64,000 nt of DNA, from contig CM022676.1 in assembly GCA_012295275.1 (NCBI GenBank), positions 1-64,000 on the forward strand, given 5' to 3'. Positions within the stretch are counted from its first letter, which is position 1, and each line of letters starts with the position of its first letter. A program made the translations under genes and the position numbers. Below the pieces are notes generated by a model that worked only from the letters and a program-made list of their open reading frames with translations, was not told the origin of the DNA and searched no databases. Positions 52,101 through 64,000 of this stretch are shown piece after piece. This DNA is from Chrysomallon squamiferum (lineage: Eukaryota; Animalia; Mollusca).

Positions 52101-55100
52101 TGTCACTTACTTAGGTTACTATTTATTTTACTGATGATTCTGCTTCCTTGGTAACTTAGGTCATTATTAGGAATTTATGAACTTTTTACTTACTTTACTT
52201 TTTTTTTTATTTTACTTATATTTGTTAACTTGTTGAAACTTTTATATTCTTACTTTAACTTGTTTTACTTACCTTTTACTTACTTTTTATTTCTTTATTT
52301 CTTTTTTTTTTTATTATTTACTTTTACTTTATTTTTTACTTTAAGATAGTTTTTTTAATGTTTTAGTTATATTTCACTTACTTTAGGTTACTATTTACTT
52401 ACTGATTCTGCTTCTTTTTGACTTTTTTAGGTATTTTTTACGACTTTATTTTACTTTTATTTACTTAGATATTTGTTAATGTTGAAACTTTATATTCTTT
52501 TTAACTTAGATATTTTGTTTCCCCTTTTACTTTAGGTCATTTTTTATATTTTTTTTTTTCTTTTTACTAAGATAGTTTTTTTAAATACTTAGTTTATTTC
52601 ATTGTCACTTACTTAGGTTACTATTTACTTACTGATCTGCTTCCTTGGTAACTTAGGTCATTATTTACGAACTTAGTTACTTCTTACTAGATATTATTTA
52701 GATATTTGTTAATATTGAAACTTATAATGTTGAAACTTATATTTTTCTTTTTAACTTAGTCATTAGATTTATTTTTTACTTTTTTTATTTTTTTTTTTTA
52801 TTTTTTTTTATTTACTTTACTTTTTTTATTTTCTTTTTAAGATATTTTTTTTAATGTTACTTAGTTTATTTTTATTTTTTACTTAGGTTACTTTTTTACT
52901 TTACTGATTTGGTTTCCTTTTATTTTAACTTATTATTTTTACGAACTTATTTTTTTACTTTTCTTACTTAGATATTTGTTAATGTTGAAACTTATATTCT
53001 TTTAACTTAGATACTTTTTTGTTTTTTTTTTTTTTTTATTTTTTATTATTTTATTTTTTCTATTTTTTTTTTTTTCTTTCTTATTTTAAGATAGTTTTTA
53101 ATGTTATTTAGTTTTATTTGTCACTTACTTAGGTTACTATTTATTTACTTACTGATCTGCTTCCCTTGGTAACTTAGGTCATTATTTACGAACTTACTTT
53201 TAATACTTAGATATTTGTTTATTTATTTGTTAATGTTGAAACTTATATATTCTTAGATACTTACTTGTTTACTTTTTCCCCTTTTACTTAGGTTTATATT
53301 TACTTATTTTCTTTTTTTTTTTACTAAGATAGTTTTTTTTTATTGTACTTAGTTTTACATTTTACTTACATAGGTTATTTATTTTTTTTTACTGATTTTT
53401 TCCTTGGGTCATTTAGGTCTTATAATTTTATTTAGAACTTTTATTTTTTTATTTAGATATTTAGATATTTGTTAATGTTGAAACTTATATTCTTACTTTA
53501 ACTTACTTATTTGTTTCCTTTTACTTTTATTTTTTTTATTTTTTTATCTATTTTTACTTTTTTTTCTTACTAAGATAGTTTTTTTATTTTACTTAGTGTT
53601 ATTGTCACTTACTTAGGTTATTTATTTTACTTACTGATTGCTTCCTTGGTAACTTAGGTCATTATTTTACGAACTTACTTTTTTTTTCTTTTACTTAGAT
53701 ATTTGTTAATGTTGAAACTTATATTCTTACTAACTTAGATACTTGTTTTGTTTCCCCTTTTTTATTTATTTACATTCATTATTTTTACTTTATCTACTTA
53801 CTTTTTCTTTTTTAGTTTTAAGATAGTTTTTTTAATGTATTACTTAGTTAATTACTTACTTACTTACTTACTTTACTATTTACTTTTGATCTGCTTCCTT
53901 TGGTAACTTAGTTCATTATTTTTACTTATTTTTTATTTTTTTACTTATTTTACTTAGATATTTGTTAATATTGAAACTTTATATTTTTACTAACTTAGAT
54001 TATTTTTTTTTATTTACTTTTATTTTTTATTTATTTTTTTTACTTTATTACTTTTTTTTTTAGTTTTAAGATAGTTTTTTAATTAGTTTTTAGTTATATT
54101 TACTTACTTTATTTACTTACTGAGGCTTCCTTGGTAACTTAGGTCATTATTTTTTTACGAACTTACTTTTTTTCTTACTTAGATATTTGTTAATGTTGAA
54201 ACTTATATTCTTACTAACTTAGATACTTTGTTTCCCCTTTTACTTAGGTCATTATTTACCCATCTACCTACTTTTTTTTTTACTAAGATAGTTTTTAATT
54301 TTTTTTAATGTACTTACATAGGTTACTATATTGTTACTTATTTATTTAGGTTATTTATTTTATTTACGATACTGATTCTTGCTTTACTTGGTTATGTTTT
54401 TTTATTTATTTTACTTGAACTTTATTTTTTTTTTATTACTTAGATATTTGTTAATATTGAAACTTATATTCTTACTTAACTTAGTTATTTGTTTTTTTTT
54501 ACTTTATTTTTTTTTTTTTATTTATTTTTATTTACTTTTTTTTTTTCTAGTTATTAAGATAGTTTTTTTTTAATACTTTTAGTTTTTTTATTGTCATTTT
54601 ACTTAGGTTACTTTATTTACTTACTGATTTGGTTTCCTTTGGTAACTTATTTTATTATTTTTACGAACTTTTTATTTTTTACTTAGATATTTGTTAATAT
54701 TGAAACTTATATTCTTACTAACTTAGATACTTTTTCCCTTTTTTACTTAGGTCATTATTTACCTATTACCTACTTTTCTTTTTCTTACTAAGATAGTTTT
54801 TAAATGTACTTATTATTGTCACTTACATAGGTTACTATTTTAGGTTACTATTTAGGTTACTTATTTACTTACTGATTTGGTAACTTCCTTGGTAACTTTA
54901 GGTTTGTTTATTTTATGAACTTACTTTAGATATTTTTTCTTACTTAGATATTTGTTAATGTTGAAATTTATATTCTACTTTTTAACTTATTTTATTTTTT
55001 TTATTTTTTACTTTTTTTTTTTTTTAGTTTTATTTTTTTTTTTTTTTTTTTTTTTACTAATTTAGTTTTTTTTAATTACTTAGTTTTATATTTTACTTTA

Positions 55101-56640
55101 TTTAGTTTATTTATTTACTTACTGATTGCTTCCTTGGTAACTTTTTTTTTATTTTGAACTTTTTACTTTATATTTCTTATTTTAGATATTTGTTAATGTT
55201 GAAACTTTATATTCTTACTAACTTAGATACTTGTTTCCCCCTTTTACTTAGGTTATTATTTACCTATTCTTACTTTCTTTTCTTACTAAGATAGTTTTTA
55301 ATGTACTTAGTTAAATTGTCACTTACTTAGGTTACTATTTATTTTTACTTACTGATCTGTTTCCTTTGGTAACTTAGGTCATTTATTTACGAACTTACTT
55401 TTTACTTAGATATTTGTTAACTTAGATATTTGTTAATGTTGAAACTTAGTTTATATTCTTACTAACTTTAGATACTTGTTTCCCTTTTTTACTTAGGTCA
55501 TTATTTTACCTATATTACTTTATTTTTTTTTTCTTACTTAAGATAGTTTTTAATTACTTACTTTTACATTGTCACTTACTTAGGTAGGTTATTTATTTAC
55601 TTACTGATTCGAGGCTTCCTTGGTAACTTAGGTCATTATTTTTACGACTTTTTTTTTTTTTTCTTACTTAGATATTTGTTAATGTTGAAACTTATATTCT
55701 TACTAACTTAGATACTTGTTTCCCTCTTTACTTAGGTCATTATTTACCTATCTACTTCTTTCTTTCTTACTAAGATAGTTTTTAATGTACTTAGTTACAT
55801 TGTCACTTACATAGGTTACTATTTACTTACTGATTCGCTTCCTTGGTAACTTAGGTCATTATTTACGAATTATTTTACGACTTTACTTTTACTTTAGATA
55901 TTTTTACTTAGATATTTGTTAATGTTGAAACTTTATATTCTTACTAACTTAGATACTTTGTTTTTTACTTTATTTTAGGTCATTATTTACCTATCTTTTT
56001 TACTTTTTTTTCTTACTAAGATAGTTTTTAATGTACTTAGTTAAATTGTCACTTACTTAGGTTACTATTTACTTACTGATTCGCTTCCTTGGTAACTTAG
56101 GTCATAATTTACGAACTTACTTACTTTCTTACTTAGATATTTGTTAATGTTGAAACTTATATTCTTACTAACTTAGATACTTGTTTCCCTCTTTACTTAG
56201 GTCATTATTTACCTATCTACCTACTTTCTTTCTTACTAAGATAGTTTTTAATGTACTTAGTTATATTGTCACTTACATAGGTTACTATTTACTTACTGAT
56301 TCGCTTCCTTGGTAACTTAGGTCATTATTTACGAACTTACTTACTTTCTTACTTAGATATTTGTTAATGTTGAAACTTATATTCTTACTAACTTAGATAC
56401 TTGTTTCCCTCTTTACTTAGGTCATTATTTACCTATCTACTTTTTTTTCTTACTAAGATAATTCTTAATGTACTTAGTTATATTGTCACTTACATAGGTT
56501 ACTATTTACTTACTGATTCGCTTCCTTGGTAACTTAGGTCATTATTTACGAACTTACTTACATTCTTACTTAGATATTTGTTAATGTTGAAACTTATATT
56601 CTTACTAACTTAGATACTTGTTTCCCACTTTACTTAGGTA
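37139..56640 (-). repeat. 220-bp satellite, roughly 88 copies, increasingly T-homopolymer-degraded
   Basis: Same unit, period 220 (39481, 39701, 39921). Confidence 0.95.
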
Positions 56641-56653
56641 TTTATTTACTTTT

Positions 56654-56682
56654 AGCAATACGTAACTGAACCAGTACAACAA
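56654..56682 (+). other. Oxford Nanopore ligation adapter remnant (artefact)
   Basis: agcaatacgtaactgaaccagtacaacaa vs adapter reverse complement AGCAATACGTAACTGAACGAAGTAC; located exactly at a contig end. Confidence 0.93.
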
Positions 56683-56882
56683 NNNNNNNNNNNNNNNNNN
56701 NNNNNNNNNNNNNNNNNNNNNNNNNNNNNNNNNNNNNNNNNNNNNNNNNNNNNNNNNNNNNNNNNNNNNNNNNNNNNNNNNNNNNNNNNNNNNNNNNNNN
56801 NNNNNNNNNNNNNNNNNNNNNNNNNNNNNNNNNNNNNNNNNNNNNNNNNNNNNNNNNNNNNNNNNNNNNNNNNNNNNNNNNN
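56683..56882. other. Assembly gap (200 N)
   Basis: N run. Confidence 1.
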
Positions 56883-59800
56883 TAACTAAGTACATTAAAA
56901 ACTATCTTAGTAAGAAAGAAAGTAGGTAGATAGGTAAATAATGACCTAAGTAAAGAGGGAAACAAGTATCTAAGTTAGTAAGAATATAAGTTTCAACATT
57001 AACAAATATCTAAGTAAGAAAGTAAGTAAGTTCGTAAATAATGACCTAAGTTACCAAGGAAGCGAATCAGTAAGTAAATAGTAACCTATGTAAGTGACAA
57101 TTTAACTAAGTACATTAAAAACTATCTTAGTAAGAAAGAAAGTAGGTAAATAGGTAAATAATGACCTAAGTAAAGAGGGAAACAAGTATCTAAGTTAGTA
57201 AGAATATAAGTTTCAACATTAACAAATATCTAAGTAAGAAGTTAAGTAAGTAAGTAAACATTAACAAATATCTAAGTAAGAAAGTAAGTAAAGAATCAGT
57301 AAGTAAATAAACCTAAGTAAGTAAATAGTAAACATTAAAAAAAAATCTTAAGTAAGAAAGAAAAAAAATAAGAAAGAAAGTAAGTAAGTAAATAAAAAAA
57401 GTAAGAGGGAAAAAGAAAGAAAGTAGGTAGAATATAAATAATAACAAATAAGTAAAAAGGGAAACAAGTATCTAAGTAAGTAAGAATATAAGTTTCAAAT
57501 TATTAACAAATAGTAAAGTAAGAATTTAAGTAAGTTCGTAAAATAATGACCTAAGTTAAGGAAGGAATCAGAAAGTAAAAGTAAATAAAGTAACCTAAGT
57601 AAAGTAAAAAATTTAACTAAAAAAAAAAATTAGTAAGAAAGAAAGAAAGAAAGTAGGTAGATAGGTAAATAATGACCTAAGTAAAGAGGGAAACAAGTAT
57701 CTAAGTTAGTGAGAATATAACTTAGTACATTAACAAATATCTAAGTAAGAATTTAACTAAGTTCGTAAATAATGACCTAAGTTACCAAGGAAGCGAATCA
57801 GTAAGTAAATAGTAACCTAAGTAAGTGACAATTTAACTAAGTACATTAAAAACTATCTTAGTAAGAAAGAAAGTAGGTAGATAGGTAAATAATGACCTAA
57901 GTAAAGAGGGAAACAAGTATCTAAGTTAGTAAGAATATAAGTTTCAACATTAACAAATAATCTAAGTAAGAAGGAAATTAAAAACAAAAGTATAAGTAAA
58001 GTAAAAATATAAATTAAGTAAAATTAACAAATATCTAAGTAAGAAAGTAATAAAACTAAATAAATAAATAACCTAATTAAAAAAAACTAAATAAGTAAAA
58101 AAAAATAAAGTAAAAAAACCTAAGTAAAATAATTAAAAATAGTAAGTAAAAGTACAAAAAATTATCTTAGTAAGAAAGAAAGTAATAGGTAAATAATGAC
58201 CTAAGTAAAGAGGGAAACAAGTATCTAAGTTAGTAAGAATATAAGTTTCAACATTAACAAATATCTAAGTAAGAAAGTAAGTAAGTTCGTAAATAATGAC
58301 CTAAGTTACCAAGGAAGCGAATCAGTAAGTAAATAGTAACCTATGTAAGTGACAATTTAACTAAGTACATTAAAAACTATCTTAGTAAGAAAGAAAGTAG
58401 ATAGATAGGTAAATAATGACCTAAGTAAAGAGGGAAACAAGTATCTAAGTTAGTAGAGAATATAAGTTTCAACATTAACAAATATCTAAGTAAGAAATTT
58501 AAGTAAGTTCGTAAATAATGACCTAAGTTACCAAGGAAGCGAATCAGTAAGTAAATAGGAAGGAATCAGTAAGTACATTAAAAAAATAGTAAAAAGTAAA
58601 AAATTTAAATAATAAAACTAAGTACAAAAAAAAAGTATCTTAGTAAAGAAAGAAAGTAAGAAAAATAGGTAAATAATGACCTAAGTAAAGAGGGAAACAA
58701 TATAAGTTAGTAAGAATATAACTTAGTACATTAACAAATAATTAAGTAAGAATTTAACTAAGTTCGTAAATAATGACCTAAGTTACCAAGGAAGCGAATC
58801 AGTAAGTAAATAGTAACCTAAGTAAGTGACAATTTAACTAAGTACATTAAAAACTATCTTAGTAAGAAAGAAAGTAGGTAGATAGGTAAATAATGACCTA
58901 AGTAAAGAGGGAAACAAGTATCTAAGTTAGTAAGAATATAAGTTTCAACATTAACAAATATCTAAGTAAGAATTTAACTAAGTATTAAAATATCGTAATT
59001 AAGTAAAGAAGTTAATAAGTTTAAGTAAAATAAAAAGTAAAGTAAATGAAGTAAGAAAATAAGTAAACATTAAAAATTAAAGTAAATAAAAACTAAGTAA
59101 AAAAAAAATAACTAAGTAAAAAAAAACTATCTAAGAAAGAAATAAAGTAGGTAAATATAAATAAAATAAGTAAAAGTAATAAAAATAAGTATCTAAGTTA
59201 GTATAAATATAAGTTTCAAATTAACAAATAATCTAAAAGAAAGTTAAGTAAGTACCGTAAATAATGACCTAAGTTACAAGGAAGCGAATCAGTAAGTAAA
59301 TAGTAACCTAAGTAAGTGACAATTTAACTAAGTACATTAAAAACTATCTTAGTAAGAAAGAAAGTAGGTAGATAGGTAAATAATGACCTAAGTAAAGAGG
59401 GAAACAAGTATCTAAGTTAGTAAGAATATAAGTTTCAACATTAACAAATATCTAAGTAAGAAAGTAAGTAAGTTCGTAAATAATGACCTAAGTTACTAAG
59501 AAGCGAATCAGTAAGTAAATAGTAACCTAAGTAAGTGAAATAAGAAAACCAAGTAAGTAAGAATTAATAAGTAAGTAAATAGTAAAACCTATTAAAAAAA
59601 ATAATTTAAGTAATTAAAGTAGAAAGTAAAAAAAAAAGTAAGTAGAAAGTAAAAAAGAAACAAAAAGAAAGGTAAAAATAATAAGTAAAAGGGAAATAAG
59701 TAAGTTAAGTTAAATAAGAATAATAAGTTTAAATTATTAAAAACTAAGTAAAGTAAGAAAGTAAAAGTCGTAGTAAATACCTAACCTATAGTAACCAAGG

Positions 59801-62800
59801 AATGAATAAAAGTAAAAAAATAATTAACTAAGTAAGTGAAAATTAACTAAATTAAAAAACTATCTTAGTAAGAAAGAAAGTAGGTAAGATAGGTAAATAA
59901 TGACCTAAAAAAAGGGAAACAAGTATCTAAGTTAGTAAGAATATAAGTTTCAACATTAACAAATATCTAAGTAAGAATTTAAGTTAAGTTCGTAAATAAT
60001 GACCTAAGTTACCAAGGAAGCGAATCAGTAAGTAAAAAGTAAAGTACCTAATCAGTAACCTAAGTAAAAGTACATTAAAATAAAACTAAAAGTATAAGAA
60101 AAAGGTATCTTAGTAAAGAAAGAAAGTAAGTAAAAAGGGTAAATAAATAAGTTAAGTAAAGAATATAAAGTAGGTAAATTAAAGTATCTAAGTTAATAAT
60201 AAGTAATAATTAACAAATAATTAAAAATAATCTAAGTAAGAAAGTAATAAGTAAATAATGACCTAAGTTATAAATAAGTGAATAAAATAAGTAAAAAAAC
60301 CTAAAAGTAAGTAATAATAAGTAAGTAAAAAATTAAAAAAAAATATCTAAGAAAAAAAAAAAATATAAAATAAATAATAAATAAATGAAATTTAAAAGGG
60401 AAACAAGTATTAAGTAAGAATATAAGTTCAGTAAGTAAGAAGTTTAAGTAAGTTAAAATAATGACCTAAGTTAGTTAAAAGGAAGGAATAAGTAAGTAAA
60501 TAGTAACCTAAGTAAACAAATAACTAAGTACATTAAAAACTATCTTAGTAAGAAAGAAAGTAAAGTAGGTAGATATAATAAAGGTAAAATAAGTAAGAGG
60601 GAAAAAGTAGGGAAACAAGTAATAAGTTAATAATAAATATAAAATTAATTAAAAATCAAAATCTAAGTAAAAAAGTAAAAGTTCGTAAAATAAGACCTAA
60701 GTTACCAAGGAAGGAATCAGACCTAAGTAACCTAAAGGAAGAATAAAAGTAAAAAAAAAAAATTAAAAAGTAATAAAAAAATAACTAAGTAAATAAAGTA
60801 AGAAAAAAGAAAGTAAGGTAAAATAGGTAAAAAATATCTAAAATAAGTAAAAGGGAAACAAGTAATAAGTAAGTAAGAATATAAGTAAAAAAATTAACAA
60901 AATATCTAAGTAAGAAAGTTAACTAAGTTCGTAAATAATGACCTAAGACCAAAGTAAAAGGAAGGAATAAAAAAAGTAAATAGTAACCTATAAGTGACTA
61001 ATTTAATTAAAAAAAAAACTATCTAAGTAAGAAAGAAAGTAGGTAGATAGGTAAATAATGACCTAAGTAAGTAAAGAGGGAAACAAGTATCTAAGTTAGA
61101 AGAATATAAGTTTCAACATTAACAAAATTAAGTAAATAAGTAAGTAAGTTAAAATAATGACCTAAGTTAAAAAAAAGTTAAGTTAAATAATAAAAATAAT
61201 GACCTAAGTTAAAATAATAAGTAAGTAAAAATATCTTAGTAAGAAAAAATAAATAAGTAAAATAATAACTATAAGTAATAAACTAACTAAGTAAAAAAAA
61301 TCTTATCTAAGTAAAAAAAAAGTAGTAAATAAGGTAAATAATGAATAAGTAAAAAGGGAAACAAGTAAGTTAAAGTAAAAATATAATTTAAAAATTAACA
61401 AGTAATTAAGTAAGAAGTTAAGTAAGTTCGTAAATAATGACCTAAGTTACCAAGGAAGAATAAGTAAGTAAAGTAAACTAGTATGTAATAACTAAGTACA
61501 TAAAAAAAAACTATCTTAGTAAGAAAGAAAGTAGGTAAGATAGGTAAATAATGACCTAAGTAAAGAGGGAAACAAGTATCTAAGTTAGTAAGAGAATAAG
61601 AATATAAGTTAGCAACATTAATTAAATATCTAAGTAAGAAAGTAAGTAAGTAAGTTCGTAAATAATGACCTAAGTTACCAAGGAAGCGAATCAGTGAAGT
61701 AAATAGTAACCTAAGTAAGTGAGTAAAATAGAAACTAAACTAAAGTAAGTAAATAAAAAAAAAGAAAGTATAAAAAAAAAAATAAAATAAAAAGAAAAAG
61801 TAAAAAAAAAAAACTATCTTAGTAAGAAAGAAAGTAAGTAGATAGGAAAACAAATGACCTAAGTTAAAGTAGGGAAACAAGTATCTAAGTTAGTATTAAA
61901 ATATAAGTTTAAAATTAACAAAATCTAAGTAAGAAAGTTAAGTAAGTTCGTAAATAATGACCTAAGTTAAAAGGAAGAATCAGTAAGTAAAATAGTAACC
62001 TAAGTAAAAAACAATTTAACTAAAACTATTAAAAAACTATCTTAGTAAAGAAAGAAAGTAGGTAGTAAATAAATAAAAATGACCTAAGTAAAAGGGAAAC
62101 AAGTATCTAAGTTAGTAAGAATAATAAGTTAACAAAATTAACAAAATCTAAGTAAGAAAGTAAGTAAAGTAAAAAATACCTAAGTTACCAATGTAAAAGA
62201 ATCAGTAAGTAAATAGTAAAAAGTAACCTAAGTGACAATAACTTAAGTAGTTAAAAAAAATCTTAGTAAAGAAGTAAAAAAAAAAAAAATAAATAAAATA
62301 ATGAATAAGTAAAAAAGGGAAACAAAGTATCTAAGTTAGTAAAGAAATAAGTAACATTATTAAAAATATCTAATAAAAAATAAAAACTAAAGTAAGTTAA
62401 AAATGAAAAAAAACTAAAGGAAGTAAAGTAAGTAAGTAAAAAAAAAGATAAGTAATAATAAAAAAGTAAAATTAAAAAAGTAGAAAGTAAAAAAAGAAAA
62501 AGGTAGATATAAATAATGACCTAAGTAAAATAAAACAAGTATCTAAGTTAGTAAAGAATATAAGTTTAAAATTAACAAATATCTAAGTAAGAATTTAAGT
62601 AAGTTCGTAAATAATGACCTAAGTTACCAAGGAAGCGAATCAGTAAGTAAATAGTAACCTAAGTAAGTGACAATTTAACTAAGTACATTAAAAACTATCT
62701 TAGTAAGAAAGAAAGTAGGTAGATAGGTAAATAATGACCTAAGTAAAGAGGGAAACAAGTATCTAAGTTAGTAAGAATATAAGTTTCAACATTAACAAAT

Positions 62801-64000
62801 ATCTAAGTAAGAAAGTAAGTAAGTTCGTAAATAATGACCTAAGTTACCAAGGAAGCGAATCAGTAAGTAAAAGTAACCTAAGTAAGTAAATAAGTTAACT
62901 AAGTACAAAAAAAACTAATTAAATAAATAAGTAAAAAAGTAAAAAAAAAAATAGTAAGTTAAAATATAAAATAAAAAATTAACAAAAGTAAAAAGTAGGT
63001 AAAAAAAATAAGTAAAAAAAAATAATAAGTAAAAGAATAAGTATAAGTTAGGTAAAAAATAAATTAAGTAAAAGGGAAACAAGTATCTAAGTTAGTAAGA
63101 ATATAAGTTTCAACATTAACAAATATCTAAGTAAGAAATTAAGTAAGTTCGTAAATAATGACCTAAGTTACCAAGGAAGCGAATCAGTAAGTAAATAGTA
63201 ACCTAAGTAAGTGACAATTTAACTAAGTACATTAAAAACTATCTTAGTAAGAAAGAAAGTAGGTAGATAGGTAAATAATGACCTAAGTAAAGAGGGAAAC
63301 AAGTAAGTTAAGTTAGTAAGAATATAAGTTTCAACATTAACAAATATCTAAAGAAAGTAAATTTAGTTAAGTTGACGTAAATAATGACCTAAGTTAAGGA
63401 AGGAATCGAATCAGTAAGTAAATAGTAACCTAAGTAAGTGACAATTTAACTAAGTACATTAAAAAAAACTATCTTAGTAAAGAAAGAAAAAGTAGATAGT
63501 AATAAATAATGACCTAAGTAAAAAAAGGGAAACAAGTATCTAAGTTAGTAAGAATATAATAATATACATTAACAAATATCTAAAAAAATAATAATATAAG
63601 TTTAAAAAAAGTAATTAACAAAGTAATCTAAGTAAGAAATTTAAAGTAAGTTCGTAAATAATGACCTAAGTTACCAAGGAATAAGAAATAAGTAAAAATA
63701 GTAACCTAAAATTTAACTAAGTACATTAAAAACTATCTTAGTAAGAAAGAAAAGGTAGTAGATAAATAATGACCTAAGTAAATAATGACCTAAGTAAAAA
63801 AGTATCTAAACAAGTATCTAAGTAAAATTAAGAAAATAAGTTTCAAGTAAAAATCTAATCTAAGAAAGAAAGTAAATTAAGACCGTACCAAATGACCTAA
63901 GAAGAAGGAAGAAGTAATAAAGTAAGTAAATAGTAAATTTAACTAAAACATTAAAAAATCTTAAGTAAGAAAGTAAGTAAAAAAAACTAAGTAAGTAAAA
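56883..64000 (+). repeat. 220-bp satellite in opposite orientation (A-rich on +), roughly 32 copies, noisy
   Basis: Reverse complement of the preceding unit: atgacctaagttaccaaggaagcgaatcagtaagtaaata. Confidence 0.95.

Noticed and set aside
28559-56640. Frequent TTAGG motifs suggesting telomeric repeat
   Set aside because: Isolated within the 220-bp unit; no sustained (TTAGG)n or (TTAGGG)n tract
56640-56900. Second orientation switch of the 220-bp satellite
   Set aside because: Occurs across a fixed 200-N scaffold gap, so relative orientation is not established
34698-56965. F/L/Y-rich membrane-like ORFs and ORFs spanning N runs
   Set aside because: Products of T-rich degraded satellite and gaps
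46500-64000. Gradient of satellite decay into poly-T / poly-A
   Set aside because: Homopolymer-biased noise alternating with perfect units near a contig end with an adapter; best explained by low-coverage Nanopore consensus error

Overview
AT-rich eukaryotic (animal, probably mollusc-like from the 28S fragment) heterochromatin-type scaffold with three 200-N scaffolding gaps; about 85% is tandem repeat and no host gene is evident. 1-2.1 kb: decayed DNA-transposon remnant (THAP domain on -, duplicated SWIM/YqaJ-type N-terminal fragment on +; ISL2EU/Harbinger-like) with a 17-bp minisatellite. 4.5-14.25 kb: ~40-bp minisatellite with locally homogenised blocks. 14.44-15.25 kb: rearranged rDNA pseudogene (ITS2-like + two non-adjacent 28S pieces, - strand). 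It is joined directly to a parvovirus-like endogenous viral element (15.26-17.68 kb): an intact NS1-type SF3 helicase ORF on + and two convergent orphan ORFs on - that do not look like capsid, separated by a bidirectional AATAAA zone and cut off by a gap. 17.9-64 kb: two related TAAG-based satellites (404-bp tetramer HOR, 220-bp dimer HOR) that meet in inverted orientation at ~28.55 kb. A Nanopore adapter remnant at 56.65 kb and homopolymer-degraded blocks show that assembly artefacts are present.
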